Shown: positions 46,783 through 56,747 of the stretch, piece by piece
Numbering within the stretch: position 1 is the stretch's first letter
How the letters are laid out: the number at the start of each line of letters is the position of its first letter
Source of the DNA: Thermoplasmata archaeon
GTDB taxonomy: Archaea; Thermoplasmatota; Thermoplasmata; Lutacidiplasmatales; UBA184
DNA length: 64,000 nucleotides
Assembly (NCBI GenBank): GCA_021816955.1
Contig: JAKAWP010000001.1
Location: 10,290 to 74,289 of the forward strand
Direction of reading: 5' to 3'
Position numbers and translations under genes: made by a program
The notes under the pieces: generated by a model
Told to the model about the DNA's origin: nothing
Seen by the model: only the letters and a program-made list of their open reading frames with translations
Database searches by the model: none

Positions 46783-47573
46783 GCGCCGGTCCCTCCCCCG
46801 CGCGCGAGCGACCGCAGCCGGTCCCCGTGGCGGAACGCGCGGTCGACGAGCTCCTTGACGTCGTCCGGGGAGAACGCCCCGACCCGTCCCTTCTGCATCG
46901 CGACGATCCGCCCGACCTCGTCGGTCGCGATCGTGAGCCGCCCCTGTCCGGCCCGCTCTTCGTCGACCGTCGGGTCGACCACGATCGTGTCACCGAGCCG
47001 GACGAACGTGCACTCGATCGGGAAGTGGTCGACTTCGAGCGGGACGTCGGCGGCCCCGAGGCCGAACCGGACGAGCGGTTGCGTCGTGTGCGCGAGCGCC
47101 GAGACCCCCGCGAGGAGGGCCGCGTCGATCAGGTTCCCCCCGTGGTCGAGGACGTGGAGGTCGACGTAGCAAACCCACGTCTTCTCCCCCGGCGTGATGC
47201 AGAGCTTGGTGAGGTCGATCGTTTCGGCGGCCCGGATCGCCCGGTCGACCACCCGGCTTACCTCGATCGCCGTCGGGGTCGGCGGACCCGGCTCGAACAT
47301 CGGGGAGCTCAGCGGGACGAGTTCGGCGTTGGTCGTGAGCACCCCGGCGTTCGGGGTGTCGGGAAACGGCTTTCCCGGCTCGAGCTTCACGCCCGCCAGC
47401 ACCTTGGTGTCCCCGAGGTGGACGAGCGCGGAACCGTCCGCGCTGGCGACGAAGCCGGGTTCGATGCGCACCGGCCGGTAGTCGTCCGGCCCTCGGCCGT
47501 CGACCCGCTTGCCCGAGTGCGCGAGGTCGAGGATGTGGCTGGTGAGGATCTCGGCGCTCAACGTGTCGCTCAT
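46779..47573 (-). CDS. rrp42: Exosome subunit Rrp42
   Basis: R.DGR..DYRP, PFPDTPN.G, FEPGPP, RVVDRAIR, GGNLIDA. Confidence 0.95.
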   Translation of the reverse strand: MSDTLSAEILTSHILDLAHSGKRVDGRGPDDYRPVRIEPGFVASADGSALVHLGDTKVLAGVKLEPGKPFPDTPNAGVLTTNAELVPLSSPMFEPGPPTPTAIEVSRVVDRAIRAAETIDLTKLCITPGEKTWVCYVDLHVLDHGGNLIDAALLAGVSALAHTTQPLVRFGLGAADVPLEVDHFPIECTFVRLGDTIVVDPTVDEERAGQGRLTIATDEVGRIVAMQKGRVGAFSPDDVKELVDRAFRHGDRLRSLARGGGTGA

Positions 47574-48316
47574 GCCGCCCCTCCGTCGCCTTCGGCGTAG
47601 CGGGTGCGCAACGCCTCCTTCATCTTCGCGTGGACCTCCCGGCAGCCTTGGACGCCGAGGTCGAGCGCCTTGGCGAGCTCCTCCCGGGTCAGGTGGCCTT
47701 CCATCTGCAAGAGGACGAGCCGGCCGGACTGCGGGACGAGCGCCATCGGAAGGTCGGCCTCGCCGTAGTTGTCCTCCTCCTTCTTCAGGTCAAGGACGAT
47801 CTCGCCCGCGACCTTGCCGACCGCCACCGCGGGCAGCAGGTCGACCATCGGGATACCCGCGTCCGCGAGCGCCACCGACGCGGCGACGAGCCCCGCGCAC
47901 CGCGTCCCCGCGTTCGCCTGGAGCACCTCGATGTAGACGTCGATGCTCGTCCGCGGAAACTCCTCGGCAAAGACGACCGATTCGAACGCCTCCCCGATCA
48001 CCTTCGAGATCTCCTGCGAGCGCCGGTCGAGACCGGGGCGCTTGCGCTCGTCGACTGAGAACGCCGCCATGTTGTAGCGGCACTGCACGATCGCCTTGTG
48101 GTTCTCCTGGAGGTGGCGCGGATGGACCTCCCGGGGCCCATAGACCGCCGCCATCACCTTGTTGTGCCCCCACTCGACGAACGCCGACCCATCGGCTTGG
48201 CGGAGCGCGCCCGCCACGATCCGAATCGGCCTAATCTCGTCCTCCCGTCGTCCGTCGATCCGCAACCCGTCCGGGCTCATCAGCACCGGTACGTCCTTCG
48301 CTCCTACGGTTCCCAT
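47570..48316 (-). CDS. rrp41: Exosome subunit Rrp41
   Basis: LRIDGR...EIRP, VYGPRE.HP.H, YNMA.FS..ERK.PG.DRR, AGTRCA; GAGGAGG SD. Confidence 0.96.
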   Translation of the reverse strand: MGTVGAKDVPVLMSPDGLRIDGRREDEIRPIRIVAGALRQADGSAFVEWGHNKVMAAVYGPREVHPRHLQENHKAIVQCRYNMAAFSVDERKRPGLDRRSQEISKVIGEAFESVVFAEEFPRTSIDVYIEVLQANAGTRCAGLVAASVALADAGIPMVDLLPAVAVGKVAGEIVLDLKKEEDNYGEADLPMALVPQSGRLVLLQMEGHLTREELAKALDLGVQGCREVHAKMKEALRTRYAEGDGGAA

Positions 48317-48336
48317 CGTTGTTGCCTCCTCGCGGT

Positions 48337-49206
48337 TCAGTACTCGTGAGATGACGGCTCCGCCGACGAGGACGGGCCGTCGTCGTCGGGGCCCGCCGGC
48401 TCTTCGGCGCCGTCGGCGGCGCGCGGCTCGTGGAGCCGCTGGACGACGGACGGAAGCCGCGGATCGATAAGCGGGGGGGCGCGGGCGCTGGTGGCGGTCA
48501 GGTACCCTTCGACCCGCTGGGTGAGCCCGCGGCGGTGGCCTTCCTCGTCGATCATCCGCAGCGCCTCCGACACCCGCTCGATCGCGTCGGGAGTTCCCGA
48601 GACCCAGATCCGACCGTTCTGGCCGATCGCAACTTCGGCGCCGGTCATCCGCGTGATCGTCTCGATCATCGATCCCCGCCGCCCGATCACGCGGGGGACC
48701 TTCGCTGGGGAGATCGTCACGATCGTCCCGCCGTCGAGCTTGCCCAGCCCTTCGCCGAGCATCGTCACGCCGATCCGGCCGGTCGGGTCGAGGCTCTCGA
48801 CCCGGACGAGGACCGCATCGCCGACATGCAGGTAGCGCTGCGTCTCCCCGACCTCGACCTTCCACGGCGTGCCCGTGATGTGGAGCGGCGCCCAGCGCGG
48901 AGCGCCGACGTCGAGCAGCCAGAACGTTCCCTGCGCGTCGGTGACCGTCCCGATCACGGTGTCGCCGGGGCGAGGGATATAGCGGCCCGCGAGGGGGATC
49001 ACCTGGGCGACCGGGGGGCGAGGATCGTAGTAGCCGAGGATGCTCGCGTAGATCGTGTCGCCCACGCGGTAGGTGCCGCGGCCGGGTCGCATCCCGCTCC
49101 CGGCGACCGCCTCGCCGGGCAAGACTAGTGAGCGCGGCGACTCCGAAGAACGGCCCGTAGACGGGCCGCCACCCCGGCGGCCGGGCCGATGACGTCCTCT
49201 ACCCAT
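48337..49206 (-). CDS. rrp4: Exosome RNA-binding subunit Rrp4
   Basis: LVLPGE, YIPRPGD.VIG, KVPRVIG..GSMI, GQNGRIW, H..GLT. Confidence 0.93.
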   Translation of the reverse strand: MGRGRHRPGRRGGGPSTGRSSESPRSLVLPGEAVAGSGMRPGRGTYRVGDTIYASILGYYDPRPPVAQVIPLAGRYIPRPGDTVIGTVTDAQGTFWLLDVGAPRWAPLHITGTPWKVEVGETQRYLHVGDAVLVRVESLDPTGRIGVTMLGEGLGKLDGGTIVTISPAKVPRVIGRRGSMIETITRMTGAEVAIGQNGRIWVSGTPDAIERVSEALRMIDEEGHRRGLTQRVEGYLTATSARAPPLIDPRLPSVVQRLHEPRAADGAEEPAGPDDDGPSSSAEPSSHEY

Positions 49207-49242
49207 TGTACTGTCCGCACCGGCGGGTCGGACAAGGGGTCG

Positions 49243-49938
49243 CTATTTAACTAAAGCGGTCTCGGCAGCGCCTTTGGTGCGCGCGTTGAGCTTCTCGTAG
49301 AGCTCGGTCTGCACCCCGGCCGGAATCTCGAGGACGCCCGACCAGCTGCCGTCGGAGAGCCACTCCTCGTGGACGATCCGCCCGAGCCCCTTCAGGTCGC
49401 CGACGACCTTCGGGTAGTCGCTGCCGCGCAGGCGGATCTTCACCTTCGCGACGTCGAAGCGGATCGGGAGGAGCGGCCTAAGCTTCTGGAGCACCTCCTG
49501 CACCTGGGCGTCGACCGGTCGGAACGGGTCGACGTGGATCCGGGCCTCCGCCATCGCCGCCTCGATGCGCGCGGGAGGGTGCGGCGCGCCGGTTTGCGGG
49601 TTCATCGCGTTGCGCGCGATCGTCGCGACGATCTGCCGGAGCTTCGCCGCCTGGAGCTTGTGGCGCTGCTCGGTCGTCACCTGCACCTCGCCCTTCTGGA
49701 TGATCGTCTTCGCGATCGAGGGGATGTGGCGGGTGTGGAACGTCCGCTCGAGATGCTCTTCGGAGATCTTGTCGCCCCGTTTCGCATCTTTGAAGACTTG
49801 GTCGAGCGCGAGCTTGTCGGTCAGGTCGACGTCCCGACCGTCCTTGATCGCTTGGACCGCGTCGGGGTCGACCAGCACCTCGAACCGCGAGCCCTGGGTC
49901 TCCCACCGGGCGATCACGGCATCGTCGACCTTCACCAT
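49243..49938 (-). CDS. Ribosome maturation factor SBDS/Sdo1
   Basis: FEVLVDP, VFKDAK.G, GEVQ.T.EQR, NPQT..PHPP.RIE.AM. Confidence 0.95.
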   Translation of the reverse strand: MVKVDDAVIARWETQGSRFEVLVDPDAVQAIKDGRDVDLTDKLALDQVFKDAKRGDKISEEHLERTFHTRHIPSIAKTIIQKGEVQVTTEQRHKLQAAKLRQIVATIARNAMNPQTGAPHPPARIEAAMAEARIHVDPFRPVDAQVQEVLQKLRPLLPIRFDVAKVKIRLRGSDYPKVVGDLKGLGRIVHEEWLSDGSWSGVLEIPAGVQTELYEKLNARTKGAAETALVK

Positions 49939-49971
49939 GCGCCCTCGATCCGGGGACGCGGGTCGGACTGC

Positions 49972-50727
49972 TTACGACCGTCCGGCGCGCGTCGAGCCGC
50001 CCCCCGACGACAGGCGGGCCACGTACTTCTGGGTTTCTTCGGGGGTGAGCCGGTGGATGCCCGCGCCGCGGTCGATCGTGAGCACCTCGACCTGGGCGAG
50101 CGTCGCCCCCTCCTCGAGAGCGGCCTTGAGCCCCTCGAGGGCGAGGGCGATCGCCGACTCTCGATCGAGACCGGGCTTGTACTTCTGCTCGAGGACCTCC
50201 ATCACCGGGCCCTTGTTGCCGCCCGTCGCCGACGCCTTGAAGCTCGTGAGCGAGCCCGACGGCTCCGTCTCGAACAGGTGGACCCCGCTCGCGTCGTACC
50301 CGCCGACCAAGAGGGCCGTGCCGAACGGACGAACCCCGCCGTACTGCGTGTACTGCTGCTTGTAGTCGCAGATCTTCCGGACGAGCAGTTCGACCGAGAT
50401 CGGCTCCGAGTACGTCACCCGGTTGATCTGGCTCTGCAGGCGGGCGAAGTCGACCAGCACCCGGGCGTCGGCGACGAGCCCCGCGGTGGCACAGGCCACG
50501 TGCTCGTCGAGCACGTGGATCTTCTCGAGGCTCGCGGGCTCGGCGAGCTTCGGGTTCGGGATCCGTCGGTCCGCGACCAGCACGACCCCGTTGTCGTAGG
50601 TGACGCCGGCGGTGGTCGCTCCCCGCCGGACGGCTTCGCGGGCGTACTCGACCTGGAACAGCCGTCCGTCCGGGGAGAAGACGGTGATTGCCCGGTCGTA
50701 GGCCATCTGGCCCGGTTGCATCTCCAT
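49972..50727 (-). CDS. psmA: Proteasome subunit alpha
   Basis: YDRAITVFSPDGRLFQVEYAREAV, TQYGGVRPFG; TATA TTATAA at about 50760. Confidence 0.97.
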   Translation of the reverse strand: MEMQPGQMAYDRAITVFSPDGRLFQVEYAREAVRRGATTAGVTYDNGVVLVADRRIPNPKLAEPASLEKIHVLDEHVACATAGLVADARVLVDFARLQSQINRVTYSEPISVELLVRKICDYKQQYTQYGGVRPFGTALLVGGYDASGVHLFETEPSGSLTSFKASATGGNKGPVMEVLEQKYKPGLDRESAIALALEGLKAALEEGATLAQVEVLTIDRGAGIHRLTPEETQKYVARLSSGGGSTRAGRS

Positions 50728-50879
50728 CTCGGGTCCTCGCGACGGCACCGAGGTCCCCTTTATAAGAAAAGCGCGAGCGCTAACGTCGCCTTCAGCCGGT
50801 AGCGACCCGTCGCTGCCCCCGGTATCCCCGGCTCGCCCGGAGCGACAACGGTAAGGCTCGGCGCGGCCGAACGACGGCG

Positions 50880-52985
50880 ATGGCCACCTCTCCTATCGAC
50901 CGCCCCCGCCGTCGGGCTTCGCGGCTCGCCTCGGCGTCGTCGGCCTACCTCCGCAGCGCCGCCGACCAGCCGATCGACTGGCACCCGTGGGGCGACGAGC
51001 CGTTCCGGCTCGCCCGTCAGACGGGCCGGCCGGTCCTCCTCGACATCGGCGCGGTCTGGTGCCACTGGTGCCACGTGATGGACGAAGGGACGTACGTCGA
51101 CCCCGAGGTCGTCCGGCGCATCGAAGAGGGGTTCATCGCCGTCAAGGTCGACCGCGACGAGCACCCCGAGGTCGACCGTCGCTACCAGCGCGAAGTGAAC
51201 GCGCTCACGGGCGAGGGGGGATGGCCGCTCACGGCGTTCCTGACCGCGGACGGCTCGGCGTTCTATGGCGGCACGTACTTCCCGCCGACGGACGGCTACG
51301 GCCGCCCGGGGTTCCGCCGGGTATTGGCAGAGGTCGCGCGCCAGTACCGGGACGAACCGGACGCGATCGCGAGCACGGTCCGGGCCGTGAAGGAGGCGCT
51401 CGATCGCGGAGTGGGCGCGCCCGCCCGGGCCCGCGTCGATCTTTCGACGTTCGCCGACCGCGTCGGCGAAGCGCTCGACGGCGGGTACGACCCCGTGTAC
51501 GGCGGCTTCGGGGGCGGACCGAAGTTCCCGCATCCGGCCGCCCTCGAGTTCTGGTTGTCCGACGCGTTCGTGCAGGGAGACGGCCGGGTCGCCCGGCAAC
51601 TGCGAGAGACGCTCGAACGAATGGCCGCGGGCGGCATCTACGACCAAGTCGGCGGTGGGTTCCACCGGTACGCGGTCGACGAGGGATGGCACGTCCCCCA
51701 TTTCGAGAAGATGGCGGCCGACAACGCCGCGCTCTTGGCCGTCTACGCCGAGGCGGCCGCCCGATGGCCCGACCCGAACTTCGGCGAGGTCGCCCGCGGG
51801 ATCGTCGACTGGGCGAGCCGCGAGCTCGAGGATCCGTCGGGCGGCTTCGGAACGAGCCAAGACGCCGACAATGCGCCCGGGGACGACGGAAGCTACTACA
51901 CCTGGTCCCGGGCCGAGCTCAAGCGCGAACTTTCCGAGGAGGAGTTCCGCCTCGCCGTCCGGTGCTTCGGGATTGACACGGACGGCCGAATGCCCCACGA
52001 CCCGGAGCGCAACGTCCTCTTCCGGCTCGTCTCGCCGGCCGAGGCGCTCGCGGGCCGCCCGACCGAGGGTAGCCCCGACGCCCGATGGGCCGCGCTTAGG
52101 GAGCGCCTCCGCGCGCTCCGCGAGCGTCGGCGAAAACCGCTCGTCGACCGGGCCTGTTTCGCGAGCGTCAACGGCGCCTGGATCCGGGCGCTCGCACGGG
52201 CCGCCCCGCGCATCGGCGACCGTTCGTGGCTGCTTCGGGCGCGGCGCGCGGCCGACCGGTGGCTCGCCGACGGGTTCTCACCGGAGCGTGGCGTCGCCCA
52301 TCGGCTCGCGGGATCCGGCGGAGTCGGCGCGGGTCACCTCGACGACCAAGCGGAGATGGCGCTCGGGCTCGTCGAGCTCGGGGGCGTCCTCGCGGATCGT
52401 CGGTACGTCGAGGCAGGCCGGTCGCTGCTCGAACTCATCGACCGGGAGTTCGTCGACGAGACCGGGCTCGCCCGGGACCTTGCCCCCCGGCTGTACGACG
52501 GACCGCTCGTCGGGAGCATCGCGGCCCCGTCGTACCCCGTCGAAGACGCTCCGAACCTATCGGCGAACGTGGCCGTGGCGCTCGCGTGGATCCGCTGGGG
52601 TTCGCTCGTCCACGACCCCCAAGGGAGGGGGCGCGCCCGCTCGCTCCTCGAGCGCATCGCGGGCCGGCTCGACGGGGCCGGGCTGTTCGCGGGCGGGGCC
52701 GCGTGGGCCGCCCGCACACTCGCGGTGCCGCCCGCCACCGTGGTGATCGAGGGGGCCGGCGCCGACGCCGGCGCGTGGGCCGCTCGGGCGTACGCGAGCG
52801 GACACCCCGACCTCTGGGTCCACACCGAGCCGGTCGACGAGCCGTTCGGGCTCCCGCCGGGCGCTTCCGCGGCGGGGGGCGGGGACCATCCGCGAGCGCT
52901 CGTCTGCTTCGAGCGGGCCTGCCTTCCCCCGGTCGAGCGGGCCGACGACCTCGTCGACGTGCTCAGGCGCGGTCGACCGTCGTGA
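50880..52985 (+). CDS. YyaL/SSP411 thioredoxin-domain plus alpha/alpha-toroid protein
   Basis: S.YL..AA.QPIDW.PW, WCHWCHVM, KVDRDE.P, GGWPLT, GGGFHRY.VD..W.VPHFEKM. Confidence 0.92.
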   Translation: MATSPIDRPRRRASRLASASSAYLRSAADQPIDWHPWGDEPFRLARQTGRPVLLDIGAVWCHWCHVMDEGTYVDPEVVRRIEEGFIAVKVDRDEHPEVDRRYQREVNALTGEGGWPLTAFLTADGSAFYGGTYFPPTDGYGRPGFRRVLAEVARQYRDEPDAIASTVRAVKEALDRGVGAPARARVDLSTFADRVGEALDGGYDPVYGGFGGGPKFPHPAALEFWLSDAFVQGDGRVARQLRETLERMAAGGIYDQVGGGFHRYAVDEGWHVPHFEKMAADNAALLAVYAEAAARWPDPNFGEVARGIVDWASRELEDPSGGFGTSQDADNAPGDDGSYYTWSRAELKRELSEEEFRLAVRCFGIDTDGRMPHDPERNVLFRLVSPAEALAGRPTEGSPDARWAALRERLRALRERRRKPLVDRACFASVNGAWIRALARAAPRIGDRSWLLRARRAADRWLADGFSPERGVAHRLAGSGGVGAGHLDDQAEMALGLVELGGVLADRRYVEAGRSLLELIDREFVDETGLARDLAPRLYDGPLVGSIAAPSYPVEDAPNLSANVAVALAWIRWGSLVHDPQGRGRARSLLERIAGRLDGAGLFAGGAAWAARTLAVPPATVVIEGAGADAGAWAARAYASGHPDLWVHTEPVDEPFGLPPGASAAGGGDHPRALVCFERACLPPVERADDLVDVLRRGRPS

Positions 52986-53787
52986 GGGTGCGCAACACTC
53001 CGAGGTCGGTCCCGTCGAGCAGGTAGGCGCGCGCCACCCGGCCGCCGAGGAACCGCGCGACGAGGAACGATCGGTTTCGCCCGGGGCGTTCCCGATTGAG
53101 CGATTCGGTGCCGCTCAGCGGGTGGAAGGCGGGGACGACGATCACTTCCTCCGCGAGCAGTCCAAGTGGTTCGGAGGAGCGGGCCGGCCTGCTCGAGGTT
53201 CGACGGGCCCGAACCCAGCATCGGAGCTTCGGGCTCGGCAGATCGGCCGTCGGAGCGAGGCGAACCCCGGGGTGGAGGTGGCCGACGACGACGACCGGGG
53301 CGCGTCGCACGGCGGGGGACGGCCAGCGGTGGCCGTGGGTGAGGCCGACGCCGTGCGCCACGATCCCGGTCGACGGGTGCACCGCCACCTCCCGAGGGAG
53401 GTACGGGACGAGCCCGACATCGTGATTGCCGAGCACGACCTCCGGGTCGAGGCCCGATTCGAGCAGGCGGGCAAAGAACGAGAAGACCACCGGCCGCAGC
53501 CACGGAGGCGTGCCGACGATCGGGTGTTTCACGTCCCCGATGACGATCACGCGCCGGGCCCGTTCGTGGCGGGCCGCGGCGACGACGGTTTCGGCGAGTC
53601 GGTCGGCCGATCCTTCCGGGGGTCCGGCCGGCTGCTTCGGTCCTCCGCCCTGCCCGAGGTGAAGGTCGGCGAGCACGAGCGAGCGGCTTCGCTCCGTCCG
53701 CGTCGGCTCGAGGACGAGGAGGGGCCGGTCGGGGATCGGTCGGACGATCGGTCGCACGACGGAGGCGGAGCGACCGTCCGTATTCAC
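52963..53787 (-). CDS. Calcineurin-like metallophosphoesterase
   Basis: ADLHLG, GDVKH, GNHD, HGH, GHLHP, VPAF. Confidence 0.88.
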   Translation of the reverse strand: MNTDGRSASVVRPIVRPIPDRPLLVLEPTRTERSRSLVLADLHLGQGGGPKQPAGPPEGSADRLAETVVAAARHERARRVIVIGDVKHPIVGTPPWLRPVVFSFFARLLESGLDPEVVLGNHDVGLVPYLPREVAVHPSTGIVAHGVGLTHGHRWPSPAVRRAPVVVVGHLHPGVRLAPTADLPSPKLRCWVRARRTSSRPARSSEPLGLLAEEVIVVPAFHPLSGTESLNRERPGRNRSFLVARFLGGRVARAYLLDGTDLGVLRTLTTVDRA

Positions 53788-53882
53788 GGTGATGGAGCCC
53801 GGGCCCGCGGCGGCGCAGCGCCGCCGACCCTCCCTCGGAGATTTATATACCTGGCTCCCCTCAATTGTCTCGAGGAGGGACG

Positions 53883-54890
53883 ATGGAGCGATCCCGCGAC
53901 CAGGCGATCGACGAGCTGCGCGAGATGCTCGAGCGCTCGGGCTTTTACGTCGCCGTCACCCACGGCATCCGCCCGTCGAGCTTCGATTTGGCGGCGCGAC
54001 GCGACTCGTTGTTCCTGCTCGTCAAGGTGCTGAAGAACATCGACGCGTTCGACGCCGACGAGGCCGAACGGCTGCGCCGGCTCAGCGAGCTATTCCCGGC
54101 GGTCGGGCTCGTGGTCGGTCGGACGTCGGGCGCCAGCGAGCTCGAGCCGGGCGTCGTCTACATGCGCTACGGGATTCCGATCATCGCGACGGAAACCCTC
54201 CGCGACTACGTCGAGAAAGGTCTGCCGCCGTTCCTCGTCTCGAGCCCCGGCGGCATCTACGCCCGGATCGACGGCAAGCGCCTGCGCCAGCTGCGCGAGG
54301 AGCGCGGCCTATCGCTCGGGGCGCTCGCCGAGATCGCCCGCGTCTCTCGGCGGACGATCCAGCTGTACGAGGACGGCGGCGGCGCCGAGGTCGACGTCGT
54401 CGAGCGGATCGAGACGTGGCTCGACGAGCCGATCGTCGTCCCGTTCGATCTGTTCGAACCGCCTTCAGTCGAATCCGGGGCCGGTTCGGGCGAGTCCGAG
54501 CCACCGCGCGACGGCGCCGGCGCGCCCCGGCGGTCGGAGTGGGTCTCCACGGGCGACCCGTTGCGGGACCGCGTCCTTCGTCAGCTCGGGGGGCTCGGCC
54601 TTCAGGTCGTCGTGACGACCCGCGCTCCGTTCGACGCGTTCAGCCGAACCCCGGATTCCGACCCGGAGATCCTGTTGACCGGGATCGGGACGTTGCGGGC
54701 CGCCCACCACCGGGCGCCGATCCTGCAAGGGATCGCCCGCGTCGCCGAGGGCCACGCGATGTTCGTCGTCCGGGAGGACCGCACGCGCGCCTCGCTGGAG
54801 GGACTGCCGATCCTGTCGATGGGGGAGCTCCAGCGCCACCGGGATCCCGAGGCGCTGCTCGAGATCCTGATCGAGCGGAGCGGGGCGTGA
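53883..54890 (+). CDS. Archaeal Cro/C1-type HTH transcriptional regulator
   Basis: SFDLAARR..L.LLVKVL.NID, PGG.Y.RIDG..LR.LRE..GLSLG.LA...VSRRTI..YE; TATA TTTATATA at 53841. Confidence 0.88.
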   Translation: MERSRDQAIDELREMLERSGFYVAVTHGIRPSSFDLAARRDSLFLLVKVLKNIDAFDADEAERLRRLSELFPAVGLVVGRTSGASELEPGVVYMRYGIPIIATETLRDYVEKGLPPFLVSSPGGIYARIDGKRLRQLREERGLSLGALAEIARVSRRTIQLYEDGGGAEVDVVERIETWLDEPIVVPFDLFEPPSVESGAGSGESEPPRDGAGAPRRSEWVSTGDPLRDRVLRQLGGLGLQVVVTTRAPFDAFSRTPDSDPEILLTGIGTLRAAHHRAPILQGIARVAEGHAMFVVREDRTRASLEGLPILSMGELQRHRDPEALLEILIERSGA

Positions 54891-55525
54891 TCCGGGCGGC
54901 GGTGCCCGGTACGCCGATCGTGCTCGTCGGCGCCGTTCGCGGCCTCGTCGCGGAGGCGCGGCGCGTCTCTCGCGAGCTCTACGACCTTGCGCCCGACGCG
55001 GTCGGCCTCGCCCTCTCGCCGGAGGAGTTCCGCGGCTACCGGGAGTACTTCGTCGACGCCCGGGCCGAGCCGGTCGTACCGCTCGCGTCGACCGAGTGGA
55101 GCGAGATCCGGGGGCTCGTCCGGTTCGGGGAGGTTCGCGTGCCGAACCCGACGATGGTGGAAGCGATCGGCTGGGCCGTCGATCGGAACGTGCCGGTCGA
55201 GCCGCTCGACCCCCGGGACGACGCGACGGCGGAGTGGTTCACGGAGCATATCGGCTACGTCGAGCTCGTTCGTCGGACCCTGCGGGAGCGCGGCCTCGCC
55301 CACCATCCGCCCGAGCCGGCGAGCCCGGACGAGTTCGTCGCGGCGTGGGAGGACACGATCGACGTCGGCGCGGGCTCGCGCCGCTACCGCGCGGCGAAGG
55401 ACGCCCACCTCGTCCGGGCCGCGACCGACTTCGCCCGCGGGCGGAGCCGGGTCGCGCTCGTCCTCGATCGGGAGCGGCTCGAACGCGTGCACCGGGCGCT
55501 CGCGACCGGCGCCCCGGGCGCCTGA
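54887..55525 (+). CDS. Hypothetical protein
   Basis: GTGA-coupled to the regulator; coding-like frame. Confidence 0.7.
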   Translation: MIRAAVPGTPIVLVGAVRGLVAEARRVSRELYDLAPDAVGLALSPEEFRGYREYFVDARAEPVVPLASTEWSEIRGLVRFGEVRVPNPTMVEAIGWAVDRNVPVEPLDPRDDATAEWFTEHIGYVELVRRTLRERGLAHHPPEPASPDEFVAAWEDTIDVGAGSRRYRAAKDAHLVRAATDFARGRSRVALVLDRERLERVHRALATGAPGA

Positions 55526-55545
55526 CGCCTTGGTCGCGCGGACGG

Positions 55546-56082
55546 TCAGTCGTCTTCGTCGAGGATCGCCACGAGGCGACGACGGGCTTCCGTGCGGAAC
55601 TCCTCGATCGTCCCCTCGTTCACGATCATCCCGTCGGCGAGGGTGAACGCGTTGCCGATCCCCCACTTGAGCTCTCGGCGGTCGCGCTCGTAGAACGCTT
55701 CGAGGCTGTCGTCGTCCCGGCCGCGCTTCGCGAGCCGCGCGGCCCGGGTCGACGGGGAGCTGTAGATGCCGAGCACGAAGAGATCGCCGAAATGGTGGCG
55801 GAAGACGGCGACCTCCGTGTCGGAGCGGCAGCCGTCGACGAGCGTCCGGGTCTCGGTGAGCTTCGGCACCGCCCGCTGCGCCCAGATCCCCGGGCCGTGG
55901 CGGTCGCGCTCCTCGCTCGCGACCCGGCCGAGGTTCGCGTTAGTGAGCGGCAGCCCTCGGCGACGCGTCTCGTCCCGGACGAGGTCGCCCATCTTGAGCG
56001 TGGCGAGGCCGATGCTCCGGGCGATCTCGGTGAGCTCGTCCTTCCCCGAGCCCGGCATCCCGACCGTGACGATCAGTTTCAT
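55546..56082 (-). CDS. P-loop nucleotide kinase (UPF0200 / dephospho-CoA kinase-like)
   Basis: GMPGSGK, MGDLVR, VDG.RS..E, RGR.DD, RD.REL.WG. Confidence 0.85.
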   Translation of the reverse strand: MKLIVTVGMPGSGKDELTEIARSIGLATLKMGDLVRDETRRRGLPLTNANLGRVASEERDRHGPGIWAQRAVPKLTETRTLVDGCRSDTEVAVFRHHFGDLFVLGIYSSPSTRAARLAKRGRDDDSLEAFYERDRRELKWGIGNAFTLADGMIVNEGTIEEFRTEARRRLVAILDEDD

Positions 56083-56681
56083 GCCGACGGCGGGGCGCTG
56101 TCGCCGTTCGTCGCGGGGGGGCTCGGCGCGGGCGGGGTCGGGAGCTCGCTCTCCAGGACCGCTTGGAGGCGGTCGGCGCGCCGGACGAACGCCTGCGCTT
56201 CCGCCTCCTCGGCCGACGCGACCTCGAGGAATCGGTCCTCCTTCACCTTGAGTTCGGCGGCCCGCTGGGCTTTCTGCGTCGCCCGGAGCTCGAGGCGACC
56301 GGCCGCGTTCTCGAGGTTGGCGATCCGCTGCTGAAGCTTACGGATGCGGTACTGCAGCGCCGTCAGGTCCGAGCCACCCGTCGACCCGGCCGCCTTCGCC
56401 TCGCTTTCGAGCTGCTGGATCTCCTGCTCGACGCCGGGGATCTCGTTCCGCTTCGCTTGGGCCTTCTCGCGGAGGACCGTCGCCTGGTGGCGGATCCGCT
56501 CGATCTTGGTCGAGAGGCGGGCCGCGCGCTCGCGGGCCCGCGTCGCGGCCTGCTGGTGGCGGGCCGCGATCTCGCGCAGCTTCGTCACGTCGCCGTATGC
56601 TTCGCCTCGCCACCGGCTCGCCCGCAACGAGGCGAGCGAGGGACCCGACGGGGCCGGGGGAGGACCGCCTCCGGTCGTCAT
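56079..56681 (-). CDS. Coiled-coil hypothetical protein
   Basis: Long Ala/Glu/Arg/Gln heptad helices; ATGA-coupled to kinase; TATA-like CTATATG upstream. Confidence 0.7.
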   Translation of the reverse strand: MTTGGGPPPAPSGPSLASLRASRWRGEAYGDVTKLREIAARHQQAATRARERAARLSTKIERIRHQATVLREKAQAKRNEIPGVEQEIQQLESEAKAAGSTGGSDLTALQYRIRKLQQRIANLENAAGRLELRATQKAQRAAELKVKEDRFLEVASAEEAEAQAFVRRADRLQAVLESELPTPPAPSPPATNGDSAPPSA

Positions 56682-56747
56682 CGGCCCGAGAACGGGAACG
56701 TGCCATATAGCCGTTGTTGCCCAACGGCGCTCGACCGTCCGGGCGGT

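Noticed and set aside
46339-50727. Proteasome-SBDS-exosome-L37Ae-RpoP cluster as a novel system
   Set aside because: This is the well-known conserved archaeal exosome superoperon
51055-51080. CxxCH (WCHWCH) as a c-type heme site; also CPHCH in ApbC
   Set aside because: These are the YyaL thioredoxin-like motif and the Mrp Fe-S motif in cytoplasmic proteins without signal peptides
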